In this document: one piece after another, positions 26,569-36,785 of the stretch
Numbering within the stretch: position 1 is the first letter of the stretch
Layout of the letters: each line of letters opens with the position of its first letter
DNA from: Alphaproteobacteria bacterium
GTDB taxonomy: Bacteria > Pseudomonadota > Alphaproteobacteria > UBA828
Reading direction: 5' to 3'
DNA length: 64,000 bases
NCBI GenBank assembly: GCA_965221125.1
Contig: CBDCRW010000006.1
Span: 480,001 to 544,000, forward strand
Translations under genes and position numbers: made by a program
Notes under the pieces: generated by a model
Database searches by the model: none
Seen by the model: the letters and a program-made list of their open reading frames with translations, nothing else
What the model was told of the DNA's origin: nothing

Positions 26569-28644
26569 CTACGCGATCAGCTCTGCGAGTTCGCGCTTGA
26601 AGGGCACTTCGTCTTCCGCGACGGGCGGGGCGTCGAGGGCTTCGGCGTAGCGGCGCCCGGCGTAGACCGCGTGGGCGATGGTGGCCGGCGCGAGCGCGTC
26701 GCCGATGGTGTCGACGGCTTCGAGACCGGCGTCCGCCCAGCGCTCCCGCTGGCCTAAGAGGTCGGCCGCGATCTCGTTTGCTGGCGTGCGCGCGGTGACG
26801 AGCACCACCGCGTCGGCTTCCGCTTCTTCGATGCGGCCGGTGTGGACGCACGAGGTCGCGACGAGGCCCGGCGCAATGCGGCTCAGGTTGCGGAACGCCT
26901 CGATGCGGACGCCCTTCTCCAGCAGGCGCGCCTGGGCGAAGTGCTGCTCCATGGTGTTGCGACTCCAGGTGGAGGCTTCCGACGCGGGCGTCGCGTAGGT
27001 GGTCTCAAAACCCTTGTCCGCCAGCAGCTCGGCCAGCACGCTCGCCATGTAGTAGTGGTCGTCGTCCCAGACGGTGACGCGCGTGCCTTCGGGCCAGCGG
27101 CCCGCCATGAGGTCGTCGGGCGTGAGCACCTGCGCGCCCTCCTCGACGGGGACGGGTGCGGTCCAGTGGCGGCCCACGCCATCGCCCCGCCATCGCGCGC
27201 CGGTGGCGATGACGACGCGGGGGCAGCCGAACTCGAGCACGGTCTCCGCGTCGAGGTGCGAATCCAGGTAGAGGACGACGTTCGGCAGCTTGTGAAGCTG
27301 TTCTGCGCGGTAGTCGCGCACCCGCCCCCAGGCGGCGAGGCCCGGCAGGCGGCATTCCCGCGCGACGCGGCCGCCCAGCTCCGTCTCCCGCTCGGCGAGG
27401 GTCACCTCGTAGCCGCGCTTGCCGAGCGCCTGCGCGGCTTCCAGCCCGGCGGGGCCGGCGCCGACGATCAGCACGGGCTTCTCGCTCTCCTTGGGCCGGA
27501 TGCGCTCGGGGTGCCAGCCGCGCCGCCATTCCTCCCCCATGGTCGGGTTCTGGGTGCAGCGGATGGGCGACATGGTGAAGTCGCCGGAGACGCAGATGTT
27601 GCAGCCGATGCACTCGCGGATGTCCTCCAGCCGCCCCTCCGCCACCTTGTTCGGCAGGAAGGGATCGGCGATGGAGGGCCGCGCGCAGCCGATCAGGTCG
27701 ACGATGCCCTTCCTCACGATGGAGACCATGCGGTCGGGCGAGGTGTAGCGGCCGACGCCGACCACCGGCTTCGTGGTGAGCGCCTTGACGCCGGCGATGA
27801 AGGGTTCCTGCCAGCCCTCCTCGCCGAAGCGCGACGGCATGCTGTCGTTCTCCCAGCCGGCGAGGCAGACGTCCCAGAGGTCCGGGATCTCGGCCACGAG
27901 GCCGATCATGTCCTCGGTCTCGGCCTTCTCCAGCCCGGCCGCGCCGCGCAGCTCGTCCACGGAGAGCCGGCAGGGCACGGCGCAGGTGTCGCCCACCGCC
28001 TCCTTCGTGTCGGTCAGCAGCTCCTTGAGGAGGCGCGCGCGGTTCTCCAGCGAGCCGCCGTATTCGTCCGTGCGCCGGTTGAACTCGCGGGAGAGGAATT
28101 GGTGCAGGATGTTGAGCGCGTGGCCGCCGTAGACGTAGATCAGATCGAAGCCAGCCTGGCGCGCGCGGAGCGCCGCCGCCCTGTGCCAGCGGCGGAGGTT
28201 GCGGATGTCCTGCTTGTCCATGGTGCGCCCCTGCAGGGGCTCGTAGCTCATGCCCGCGACCGGCAGGCCGGCCGGCCCCATCGGCACCTCGCGGGAATAA
28301 AAATTCGGGCTGTGCAGGCCGTTGTAGCAAAGCTCCAGCCCGGCGAGCGACCCGTGCGCGTGGATGTGCTCAGCCATCTTGGCGAGCATGGGCACGTCGC
28401 GATCGTCCCAGAGGCGAAGCTCGATGAAGGGCGTGATCTCGGCGCTCCAGTGGAACTCGACCTGCTCGGTGCAGACCACCGCCCAGCCGCCTTCGGCCTT
28501 GACGCCCCGCATGTGGGCAAGCGCCGTCGGGTCGCGGTAGCCCATGCCGGTGCAATGCGGCACCTGGTAGAATCGGTTGCGGGCGGTGACGGGCCCGATC
28601 CGGACGGGCTCGAGCAGGATGTCGTAGCGGGATTCCGCGCTCAT
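26569..28644 (-). CDS. histamine dehydrogenase-like Fe-S flavoprotein (TMADH family)
   Basis: NRFYQVPHC (6-S-cysteinyl-FMN Cys), GMGYRDP, CTEQ (Gln where TMADH has Tyr60), PFIELR.WDD, CIGCNICVSGD...CTQNP 4Fe-4S, GEEWRRGWHPE. Confidence 0.85.
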   Translation of the reverse strand: MSAESRYDILLEPVRIGPVTARNRFYQVPHCTGMGYRDPTALAHMRGVKAEGGWAVVCTEQVEFHWSAEITPFIELRLWDDRDVPMLAKMAEHIHAHGSLAGLELCYNGLHSPNFYSREVPMGPAGLPVAGMSYEPLQGRTMDKQDIRNLRRWHRAAALRARQAGFDLIYVYGGHALNILHQFLSREFNRRTDEYGGSLENRARLLKELLTDTKEAVGDTCAVPCRLSVDELRGAAGLEKAETEDMIGLVAEIPDLWDVCLAGWENDSMPSRFGEEGWQEPFIAGVKALTTKPVVGVGRYTSPDRMVSIVRKGIVDLIGCARPSIADPFLPNKVAEGRLEDIRECIGCNICVSGDFTMSPIRCTQNPTMGEEWRRGWHPERIRPKESEKPVLIVGAGPAGLEAAQALGKRGYEVTLAERETELGGRVARECRLPGLAAWGRVRDYRAEQLHKLPNVVLYLDSHLDAETVLEFGCPRVVIATGARWRGDGVGRHWTAPVPVEEGAQVLTPDDLMAGRWPEGTRVTVWDDDHYYMASVLAELLADKGFETTYATPASEASTWSRNTMEQHFAQARLLEKGVRIEAFRNLSRIAPGLVATSCVHTGRIEEAEADAVVLVTARTPANEIAADLLGQRERWADAGLEAVDTIGDALAPATIAHAVYAGRRYAEALDAPPVAEDEVPFKRELAELIA

Positions 28645-28699
28645 GGGATCACCCATTCGGTGAGAGAAGGGCGGGCCGGGCGGTGCTCTCCAGAGGGAG

Positions 28700-28746
28700 C
28701 GCGCCGCCCGGCCTGTCGCGCGTCCGTGCATGACGGACGCGCTCCA
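28700..28746 (+). repeat. partial copy (3' hairpin) of the dispersed multi-hairpin repeat
   Basis: GGCCTGTCGCGCGTCCG-TGCATGA-CGGACGCGCTC. Confidence 0.65.
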
Positions 28747-28760
28747 AGCAAACGTGACGA

Positions 28761-29798
28761 CTACTTCTTCAGGCGGGTCCACATGGTGTCGTAGACCTCC
28801 TGCGTCGCCTGATCGCACACCGCGACGAAGGTGCCGGCTGGTGCGTCGGCGGGCGGCACGGACTCGGGCTGGCTGGCCAACTCCGGATCGAGGTGCGGAG
28901 TCACGCCTTCGACGCCCGCCGCGTAGCGCGCGAAGTTGGTGACCGCGGCGATGTTCTCCGGTTCCAGCAGGAAGTCCATGAACTTGAGCGCGCTGGCCCG
29001 GTTGGGCGCGTCCTTGAGCAGCACGACGTTGTCCATCCAGACGACGTAGCCCTGGCGAGGGTAGGCGTACTGGATGTTGGCGCCCTCATTGCGCGCCTTG
29101 GCGGAGAAGCCGTTCCAGATCATCCCCACCGCGGCGTCGCCGGAGACGAGAACGTCCTTGGCGCCGTCGGAGTTGAACGAGGCCCAGTGCGGCTTGGCCG
29201 CCTGCAGCAGCGCGTCGAGCGCCTTGAGCTGCTCGCGGTCGGTCGAGCACTGGGGAATGCCGAGGTGAAGGGAGGCCAGCAGCATGACCTCGCCCTGGGA
29301 ATCGAGGACGTTGATCTTGCCCTTCAGCTCGTCCGGCGGGTCGTAGACGATGCTGGTGTCGTTGATGTCGCCGGAATAGGCATCCAGGTTGACCGAGAAG
29401 CTGGTCGAGCCCCACTGGTAGGGGATCGAGTGCTTGCGGCCCGGATCGAAGGGCACGTCCACCCATTGCGGCTCGATGTTGCCCTTGTTGGCGAGCTCGC
29501 CCTCCGCGATGGTGTCGAGCATGCCTTCGCCCCGCATGATCTCGACCATGTAGTCGCCCGGCACGGCCACGTCGTAGGAGCCGAGCTTGCCGGCCTTGAG
29601 CGTGGCCAGCATGGCCTCGTTGGAATCGAAGGTGTCCATGGTCACCTCGATCCCGGTCTCGGCCGAGAACTTGTCGAGCAGCTCCTGCGGGATGTACTCG
29701 AACCAGTGGTAGATCGAGAGCTTCTCCTGTGCGTGAGCGGCGCTCACGACAAAAGTGAGTGCCAACGCGGCTGCGCCGGCCTTGAGGATTGTCCGCAT
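28761..29798 (-). CDS. polyamine/amine ABC transporter substrate-binding protein (PotD-like)
   Basis: Signal peptide; WFEYI, FDSNE, PYQWG, WMDN. Confidence 0.9.
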   Translation of the reverse strand: MRTILKAGAAALALTFVVSAAHAQEKLSIYHWFEYIPQELLDKFSAETGIEVTMDTFDSNEAMLATLKAGKLGSYDVAVPGDYMVEIMRGEGMLDTIAEGELANKGNIEPQWVDVPFDPGRKHSIPYQWGSTSFSVNLDAYSGDINDTSIVYDPPDELKGKINVLDSQGEVMLLASLHLGIPQCSTDREQLKALDALLQAAKPHWASFNSDGAKDVLVSGDAAVGMIWNGFSAKARNEGANIQYAYPRQGYVVWMDNVVLLKDAPNRASALKFMDFLLEPENIAAVTNFARYAAGVEGVTPHLDPELASQPESVPPADAPAGTFVAVCDQATQEVYDTMWTRLKK

Positions 29799-29837
29799 GT
29801 CTCCCTCCTTAGGTTGTGCGGGTGTTCACGGTAAGGC

Positions 29838-30659
29838 CTATGCCTCCGCCTTCGTGCCCTGGCGACCGTAGCGGCTGATGAAATAGGACAGCGTGACGAT
29901 CAGGATCGAGACGGTGAGCATGATGGTGCTGAGCGCCATGATGTCGGGTTTGATCCCCTGCTTCACGGCCCCAAAAATCGCCGTGGGCAGGGTCTCGATA
30001 CCGGCGCCCTTGATGAAGTTGGTGATGATGAAATCGTCGAGCGAGATGATGAATGCCAGCAGAAAGCCCGCGAGAATGCCGGGCGCCATCAATGGCATGA
30101 GCACGCGCAGAAACGCCTGGAAGCGGCTCGCGTAGAGGTCCTGCGCGGCCTCTTCGTAACTGCCGTCGATCCCCTGCAGCCGGGCCGCGATCGGCAGGTA
30201 GGCGAAGGGGATGCAGAAGACGATGTGCGCCACCAGGATCGAGAGATAACCGAGCGTAAACCCGATGGCGCTGAAGAAGACCAGCGTCGCCACGGCGGTC
30301 ACGATCTCCGGCACCATGATCGGCATGCTGATGAGCGCGAGGTTGAGCGCCTTCCCTTTGAAGGCGCCGCCGCGCACCATGGCCACCGCCGCGGCCGTCG
30401 CGATGATGGTGCTGGCGACGGCGGCCGAGAGCGCGATGGTGAGCGAATTCCAGGCGGCGTCCTTGAACTTGGCCGATTCCGGCCCGGTGAAGATTTCCAT
30501 GTACCAGCGGAAGCTGAACCCGCCCCAGCGGGTGATCGAGAGCGAATCGTTAAAGCTGTAGACCATCACCACGAGGAGCGGCGCGTAGAGCACCACCAGG
30601 CAGAGGATGGTGATCGGCAGGAAGCCGGGGTAGCGCCGGATGTTGATCCTCTGCCGCAT
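29838..30659 (-). CDS. polyamine/amine ABC transporter permease (PotC-like)
   Basis: LYAPL..YSFN, PEIV, EEAAQDL, ISLDDF, TLP. Confidence 0.9.
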   Translation of the reverse strand: MRQRINIRRYPGFLPITILCLVVLYAPLLVVMVYSFNDSLSITRWGGFSFRWYMEIFTGPESAKFKDAAWNSLTIALSAAVASTIIATAAAVAMVRGGAFKGKALNLALISMPIMVPEIVTAVATLVFFSAIGFTLGYLSILVAHIVFCIPFAYLPIAARLQGIDGSYEEAAQDLYASRFQAFLRVLMPLMAPGILAGFLLAFIISLDDFIITNFIKGAGIETLPTAIFGAVKQGIKPDIMALSTIMLTVSILIVTLSYFISRYGRQGTKAEA

Positions 30660-30660
30660 C

Positions 30661-31587
30661 TCAGGCGGCCCGCGCGCTGCGCAGCGCCTGGCGGCGCGCG
30701 TAAATGAAGAGCGCGATCAGCACGAGGGAGAGCAGGATCATCGACGCGGCCGCGCCGAAGGGCCAGTTGCCGGCGTTGCCCTTGAACTGCTCCTCGATGA
30801 GCGAGCCGATCAGGAAGTTCTTGGCGCCGCCGAGCAGGTCGGGCGCGAGGAAGGCGCCGAGGCTCGGCACGAACACCAGGATGCAGCCGGCGACGATGCC
30901 GGGCCTGACGATGGGCAGGATGACCTTGTACAGGATGGTCCAGCGGTTGGCGTAGAGGTCGGCCGCGGCTTCCGAGAGCGCGAAGTCGTAGCGCTCCACC
31001 GAGGCATAGATGGGCAGCACCATGAAGGGCAGGTAGGAGTAGAAGAGCCCGAGCTGCACCGCGAAGTCGGTGTTGATGAGCGCAATCGGCTCGCCGATGA
31101 CGCCCAAGCCCAGCAGGGCCTCGTTGAGCGGGCCGTTGTCGCGGATGAGGAACTTCATCGAGACCGTGCGGATCAGCAGGTTCACCCAGTAGGGGACGGT
31201 CACCAGGAAGAGCCACATGGAGCGTGTCGCGGGCGAGCGCGTGGCGATGAAGTAGGCGGTCGGGAAGCCGATGACGAGGCAGAGCACGGTGGCGACGGCG
31301 GCCTGGATGATCGAGCGGACGAAGATGACGATGTAGGTCCACTCGATCTGCGGCGGATCGTCGCCGAAGAGGCCGCGGTCGAAGATGAACTGGTCGTAGG
31401 CCGCGAGCGAGAAGTCCCAGATCACCCCGCCGCGGAACTCCTTCGTGAGGAAGGAGTAGACCAGCATCATCAGCACCGGCGCCACGAGGAAGAAGCCGAT
31501 GATGACCCAGGTCGGGATCAGCAACGGCGTGCGCACCGGCGCAAAGGTGCGGGAGACCGCGCGCGTGCTGGCGAGCTCGCCGGCCAT
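30661..31587 (-). CDS. polyamine/amine ABC transporter permease (PotB-like)
   Basis: [38 protein letters not shown]. Confidence 0.9.
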   Translation of the reverse strand: MAGELASTRAVSRTFAPVRTPLLIPTWVIIGFFLVAPVLMMLVYSFLTKEFRGGVIWDFSLAAYDQFIFDRGLFGDDPPQIEWTYIVIFVRSIIQAAVATVLCLVIGFPTAYFIATRSPATRSMWLFLVTVPYWVNLLIRTVSMKFLIRDNGPLNEALLGLGVIGEPIALINTDFAVQLGLFYSYLPFMVLPIYASVERYDFALSEAAADLYANRWTILYKVILPIVRPGIVAGCILVFVPSLGAFLAPDLLGGAKNFLIGSLIEEQFKGNAGNWPFGAAASMILLSLVLIALFIYARRQALRSARAA

Positions 31588-32675
31588 CAGTCCACCAGGA
31601 GCCGGGCGCCGCCGGGGGCGATGGCGAGGCCGGCGCGATCGCCGACGTGGAAGGGCGCCGCGCCGGCCCCGGCATTCTGCAGGCGGACCAGGACGTCCGG
31701 CCCGCCGTCGAGGCTGACGGTGTACTGGATATCGGTGCCGAGATAGACCGCCTGCTCGACGACGCCGACGAGGCCCGTGCGCGCCTCCGCCTCGGGCACG
31801 AGGGACAGGCGCTCCGGCCGGATCAGCACGTGGGCGGCGGCGCCCTCCGCAGGCGGTTGGCCTGCGGCCTGGCAGGGAAAGACCGCACCGTTGCCGAGCC
31901 GGCAGGTCCAGGCAAGGTCCGGCCCGCGGTGTACGGTCGCGTCGAGCACGTTGGTCTCCCCGATGAAGTTGGCGACGAAGCGGTCCACCGGCGCCTCGTA
32001 GATCTCGTGGGGCGTGCCCACCTGCCGGATCTCGCCCGCCGACATCACGGCGATGCGGTCCGACATCGTCAGCGCCTCCTCCTGGTCGTGGGTGACGAAG
32101 ACGAAGGTGATGCCGGTGTCCTTCTGGATCTGCTTGAGCTCGATGCGCATGGCCTGGCGGAGCTTGAGGTCGAGCGCCGACAGCGGCTCGTCGAGCAGGA
32201 GCACCTTGGGCCGGGGCGCCATGGCGCGGGCGAGTGCCACGCGCTGCTGCTGGCCGCCGGAGAGCTGTGCCGGCCTGCGCGCGGCGAGGTCGCCGAGCTT
32301 CACCAGGTCGAGGATGCGCACCGTCTGGTCCTCGATGTCCGCCTTGCTCCAGCCGAGGCGGCGCATGCCGAAGGCCACGTTCTCCGCCACCGTCATGTGC
32401 GGGAAGAGCGCGTAGTGCTGGAAGACCGTGTTGATCGGGCGCCGGTTGGGGGGCAGGTCGCCGAGATCCTCGCCGTAGAGGAGGATCTCGCCTTCGGTGA
32501 TGTCCTCGAAGCCCGCGATGAGGCGGAGCAGCGTGGTCTTGCCGCAGCCGGAGGGGCCAAGCAGCGTGAAGAACTCGTTGTCGCGGATGGTGAGCGATGC
32601 GCCGGCGAGCGCGGTCACCGGGCCGAACCGCTTGACGGCGTTGCGCACGTCGATGGCGATTGTCTGCTCGGTCAA
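31587..32675 (-). CDS. polyamine/amine ABC transporter ATPase (PotA-like)
   Basis: GPSGCGKTT, VFQHYALFPH, LSGGQQQR, LDEPLSALD; TTG start. Confidence 0.9.
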   Translation of the reverse strand: MTEQTIAIDVRNAVKRFGPVTALAGASLTIRDNEFFTLLGPSGCGKTTLLRLIAGFEDITEGEILLYGEDLGDLPPNRRPINTVFQHYALFPHMTVAENVAFGMRRLGWSKADIEDQTVRILDLVKLGDLAARRPAQLSGGQQQRVALARAMAPRPKVLLLDEPLSALDLKLRQAMRIELKQIQKDTGITFVFVTHDQEEALTMSDRIAVMSAGEIRQVGTPHEIYEAPVDRFVANFIGETNVLDATVHRGPDLAWTCRLGNGAVFPCQAAGQPPAEGAAAHVLIRPERLSLVPEAEARTGLVGVVEQAVYLGTDIQYTVSLDGGPDVLVRLQNAGAGAAPFHVGDRAGLAIAPGGARLLVD

Positions 32676-32712
32676 GACGCCTCTCCCGGCCCGCGGCGGA
32701 TCGTGAACCCGG

Positions 32713-33657
32713 CTACGCCTGGACGACCGGAATCTCGGGCCCGGTCAGGGTCCTGATCGCGTAGTCGGGCTCGTCGACCCGCGCGAACCCGACCCTCTCC
32801 AGCCAGTCGTCCGTCGAAAGCGCGAGGATATCCGTATCCTCCGCGATGTTCCTGAACGCGCCGGTGGGCAGCGTCACGTAGGGCGCGCAGGCGAGCGCAC
32901 AGCCCACGTGGTTCTTCGGGATGTGCGACGCCTTCCAGCCGATGTAGATCTTCCGGTAGCGCGCCCCCTGGTTCTCGCCGCAGAGGTAGGCCGCATAGGC
33001 GATCCTGTTGAGCCTCGCGTCGAGCCTGTCCCGCACGGCGTCCTCCTCGTCCGCCGCATGAGACATGATCCCTGTGTCTTCCATGAAGAGGCACGCGTGG
33101 TTGTCTCTGTCCTCGGCGATGGCGAAGCCGAGCGCGCACCAGATCCACATGTTGCCGTCGGAGACCGCGCTCGTGCGGTATTTTTCGGCGCAGACGACCA
33201 TCGCGCCCTCCTGCGGCGGGAAGTGCCGGCTGTCGGCCACGCCGAAGAGTTGCCGCGTCGCGTCCCGCAGGGGAATGAGGGAGTAGATCGGAATGTTCTC
33301 GATCCGCCCGACCGGATAAGTCTTGCCGATGCGGGAATCGATCGCGAGGTCGTAGCCCCAGATGGCGCCGTTGACGCCGCTGAAGGACGACGCCTGCAGC
33401 ATGTTGACCTGGCCGATGTATGAATCGTTACACTCGGCGCGGTCGTAGGACACGATCTCGGCCATGCCCTGGTCCAGGTCTTCCTCGAAGGGAAAGCCGG
33501 GGAACTGCTCCAGGTTCACGCTGCCCGTGGACAGCAGGACGGTCGAGACGTAGGCCCCCGGCTGCCCGGTCGCGGTGGGCTCCAGGTAGCCGCCGCAAGC
33601 GCTTTCCGTCGTGTTCCGGCAATTCCGAACGATCTCTGCCAGGCGTGCGTCAGTCAT
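32713..33657 (-). CDS. hdcA: pyruvoyl-dependent histidine decarboxylase proenzyme
   Basis: GYLEP...IVSYDRAE..DSYIGQVNMLQAS/SFSG (Ser90-Ser91 serinolysis site), GYDLA, FPP.EG, FMEDTG (catalytic Glu), ALACAPYV; matches the Lactobacillus-type HdcA as I recall it. Confidence 0.85.
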   Translation of the reverse strand: MTDARLAEIVRNCRNTTESACGGYLEPTATGQPGAYVSTVLLSTGSVNLEQFPGFPFEEDLDQGMAEIVSYDRAECNDSYIGQVNMLQASSFSGVNGAIWGYDLAIDSRIGKTYPVGRIENIPIYSLIPLRDATRQLFGVADSRHFPPQEGAMVVCAEKYRTSAVSDGNMWIWCALGFAIAEDRDNHACLFMEDTGIMSHAADEEDAVRDRLDARLNRIAYAAYLCGENQGARYRKIYIGWKASHIPKNHVGCALACAPYVTLPTGAFRNIAEDTDILALSTDDWLERVGFARVDEPDYAIRTLTGPEIPVVQA

Positions 33658-33669
33658 CGCGTGCTCCCA

Positions 33670-34440
33670 TCAGCCCGTGAATCCGAGCCGCCTGCCGAGG
33701 TCGGCCGCCGCTGCCGACAGCTTCTCCCTGATCCGCGTGCGCGCCACGGGACGGAAGCGGTCGGCGAGGCCGGTGATGCCGACGGAATAGAGGACGTAGC
33801 CGCCGTTCACGCGGATCGGGTGGCCGTAGCTGAGCACGCCGGCGTCGAGCTCGTTGTCGCAGACCGCCATGCCGTCGGCGCGAATCTGACCGAGCTCGTC
33901 GCGGATCTCCGCGTCGTCCACTCTGGTCTTCTCGGTGTAGCGCTCGCGCGGGCGCGCGAGATAGCGGGCGACGAACTCCTCGTCCTGAAACGCGAGGATC
34001 GCCTTGCCCGAGGCGGCCGCGTGCAGCGGCAGCTGCCGGCCCGGCTGCACGAAGGCGCGATCGGAGCCCGAAGGCTGCTCCATCAGCACGGACTCGGCGA
34101 AGTCGCCGTTGAGCCGGGCCAGATGCGCGGTCTCGCCGAACGCCGCCACCAGCTCGTCGAGAACCGGCTTGGCGAGCCCCGCATAGCCCGCGCGGTCCAT
34201 GCTCGCATGCAGGAGGGACTGCAGCCGGGGCCCGGTCACGTAGCTCTTGGTCCCGGGCGCACTCCGCAGCAGGTCGAGGTCCACGAGGCCCCGGATCAGG
34301 CGATGCACCGTCCCCGGTTGCAGCGCCAGCTCCCGCGCGATGTCCGTGAGCGTGAGCCCGGTGCGCGCGGCGGCCACCGTCTCGAGCACGCGGACGTAGC
34401 GCCCGAGTGGCTTGTCGTTGCTATCGGTGCTATCGGCCAT
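33670..34440 (-). CDS. IclR family transcriptional regulator
   Basis: N-terminal HTH (LTDIARELALQPGTVHR), LPLHAAASGKAILA effector domain. Confidence 0.92.
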   Translation of the reverse strand: MADSTDSNDKPLGRYVRVLETVAAARTGLTLTDIARELALQPGTVHRLIRGLVDLDLLRSAPGTKSYVTGPRLQSLLHASMDRAGYAGLAKPVLDELVAAFGETAHLARLNGDFAESVLMEQPSGSDRAFVQPGRQLPLHAAASGKAILAFQDEEFVARYLARPRERYTEKTRVDDAEIRDELGQIRADGMAVCDNELDAGVLSYGHPIRVNGGYVLYSVGITGLADRFRPVARTRIREKLSAAAADLGRRLGFTG

Positions 34441-34460
34441 CGTTCAGGGCGCTCCCGCCG

Positions 34461-36785
34461 TCATCGCGCGGCGGCGTGCTGCTGCAAGGCGCGGACCACG
34501 CGCTCCGGCGTGATCGGCATCTCGAAGACGCGCACGCCGATGGCGTCGGCGACGGCGTTGGCGATGGCGGGGGCCACGGCGGTCATGGCCGGCTCGCCGA
34601 TGCCCTTGGCGCCGAAGGGCCCGACCCCGCTGCGGGATTCGAGGACGATGCACTCGACGTTCGGCATGTCCATCGCCGTCGGCATCAGGTACTCGCTGAA
34701 CGACGGCGTGACCAGGCGGCCTTCCTCGTAGAGCATCTCCTCGCTGAGCGCGTAGCCTTGCCCGTTCTGCGCGCCGCCCTGGATCTGGCCTTCCACGGCG
34801 GACGGGTTGATGCACTGGCCGACGTCGTGGGCGGCGACGCTCTTCAGCACCTCGACCTCGCCGGTCTCCACGTCGACCGAGACCTCGACCGCGTGGGCGC
34901 CATAGGCGTAGTCGGGGTGGGCCTGGCCCTGGCCGGTCTCGGGATCCAGGAAGTCGCCGAAGGGCGCGCGGAAGATCGCGAGTTCCGAGCGGTGGATGCC
35001 CTCGGCCGCGCAGATGCGCACCAGATCGACCAGCGGCATGGTCTTCTCCGGCCGGTCGATGACGAAGACCTCGTTGAAGGCCATGTCGATCTCGTCCGGG
35101 GAGACGCCGAATTCCTGCGCCGCGCGTTCGGCGAGGCGGGCGCGAAGGCCCTCGGCCGCCTGCTTGGCGGCGTTGCCGGTCATGTAGAGCGCGCGCGTCG
35201 CCGTGGTGGTGCCGGCGAGCGGGGTGACGGCGGAATCGCTGTTGTAGGTGACCACGTTGTCGAGGGTGACGCCGAGCACCTCCACCGCGATCTGGCCCAG
35301 CGCCGAAATCTGGCCGGCGCCGATGTCAGTGACGCCGGAGCGCACCACGACGGTGCCGTCCATCTCGACGCCGACCCAGGCTTCCGAGGTGTCGTGCAGG
35401 AAGGTGAGGCGGCCGTAGCTCTGCTGATAGCAGGCGAGGCCGCGGCCGGTGCGGATCGGCCCCTCGGCTGGGGTGGGCGCGCCGAGGGCGGCCCAGGCCT
35501 GCTCCGCGCACTGCTCGGTCCAGATCGCGCTCGGCGGCACGAAGCCGGTGGACATGGGCTCGCCGGTCTTGAGGAAGTTGCGCCGGCGCACCTCCATCCG
35601 GTCGAGGCCGAGCGCGTTCGCGATCTCGTCCATCTGCTGCTCGTAGGCCGCGCAGGCCTGCAGCGCGCCGAAGCCGCGGAAGGCACTCGTGTACATGTTG
35701 TTGGTGGCGACGGCCTGGGCGAAGACGTTGAGGTTGTCGACACGGTAGGGGCCGGGGGCCGCGACCAGCGCGTAGAGGATGACGTAGGGGCTGAGGAAGA
35801 CGTAGGCGCCGGCGTCGGCGATCATCTTCACTTCGAGGGCTGTGATCTTGCCGTCCTTCGTGACGCCGGTGCGGTAGGTGAGGATGAACGGGTGGCGCTT
35901 GCCGTGGCCGACGAAGGAATCCTCGCGCGAGTATTCCAGCCGCACCGGCCGGCCGGTGTGCTTGGCCAGCAGCGCGAGGTAGACCTCGACGGTCAGGTCC
36001 TCCTTGCCGCCGAAGCCGCCGCCCACCAGCGCGCCCCGCACGCGGACCTTGTTGTGGGGCACGCCGATGGCGTCGGCGATGGGCCGAAAATGCTCGATCA
36101 CCTGGGTCGAGACGCGGATGTTCACCACGTCGTTCTCGTCCACCCAGGCGAGGCCCACCTCCGGCTCGAGGAAGGCGTGCTCCTGGAACGGGGTCTTGTA
36201 GGTGTGCTCGACGATCAGGTCGGCCACGCCGAAGCCGGCCTCGGCGTCGCCCTTCCTGATCCTGCGCTCGGCGACGATATTGTCCGAGCCGTAGACCAGA
36301 GGCGCGCCGGGCTTCAGCGCCTCCAGCGGGTCGTAGACGCCGGGGATCGGCTCCAGCTCGAACTCGATCAGCTCGGCCGCGTGGTCGGCGATGTCGCGGG
36401 TCTCGGCGGCGATCAGGGCCAGCGGCTCGCCGAAGTAGCGGACCCGGTCCTTCACCAGGATCGGCTGGTCGGTATCCAGCCTCTTGCGTCCGGTCTGGCC
36501 GGGGATGTCGGTGGCCGATGTGCGATCGGTGATGTCGGCGGCGGTCAGCACGCAGGCCACGCCCTTGAGCGCGCGCGCCCTGGAGACATCAAGGCGCACC
36601 AGACGGGCGCTCGCGATGTCGGCGCGGAGCACGCGCATGTGCAGCATGTTCGGCATCACGTAGTCGCCGGCATAGGGCGTGCGCCCCGTGACCTTGCCCG
36701 GCGCGTCGGTGCGGGTGAGCGGCTTGCCGATTTGCCGGTACTGGACGTTGGCCAGCGCGCCCGGATCGGTGTCGGTGTAGGTCAT
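34461..36785 (-). CDS. xanthine dehydrogenase-family molybdopterin-binding large subunit
   Basis: KVTG, QEHAFLEPE, VGGGFGGKED, SAFRGFG, GQIQGG, AKGIGE. Confidence 0.92.
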   Translation of the reverse strand: MTYTDTDPGALANVQYRQIGKPLTRTDAPGKVTGRTPYAGDYVMPNMLHMRVLRADIASARLVRLDVSRARALKGVACVLTAADITDRTSATDIPGQTGRKRLDTDQPILVKDRVRYFGEPLALIAAETRDIADHAAELIEFELEPIPGVYDPLEALKPGAPLVYGSDNIVAERRIRKGDAEAGFGVADLIVEHTYKTPFQEHAFLEPEVGLAWVDENDVVNIRVSTQVIEHFRPIADAIGVPHNKVRVRGALVGGGFGGKEDLTVEVYLALLAKHTGRPVRLEYSREDSFVGHGKRHPFILTYRTGVTKDGKITALEVKMIADAGAYVFLSPYVILYALVAAPGPYRVDNLNVFAQAVATNNMYTSAFRGFGALQACAAYEQQMDEIANALGLDRMEVRRRNFLKTGEPMSTGFVPPSAIWTEQCAEQAWAALGAPTPAEGPIRTGRGLACYQQSYGRLTFLHDTSEAWVGVEMDGTVVVRSGVTDIGAGQISALGQIAVEVLGVTLDNVVTYNSDSAVTPLAGTTTATRALYMTGNAAKQAAEGLRARLAERAAQEFGVSPDEIDMAFNEVFVIDRPEKTMPLVDLVRICAAEGIHRSELAIFRAPFGDFLDPETGQGQAHPDYAYGAHAVEVSVDVETGEVEVLKSVAAHDVGQCINPSAVEGQIQGGAQNGQGYALSEEMLYEEGRLVTPSFSEYLMPTAMDMPNVECIVLESRSGVGPFGAKGIGEPAMTAVAPAIANAVADAIGVRVFEMPITPERVVRALQQHAAAR

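Noticed and set aside
26569-28644. Trimethylamine dehydrogenase
   Set aside because: It has Gln (TEQ) at the TMADH Tyr60 position, and the histidine decarboxylase context favours histamine dehydrogenase.
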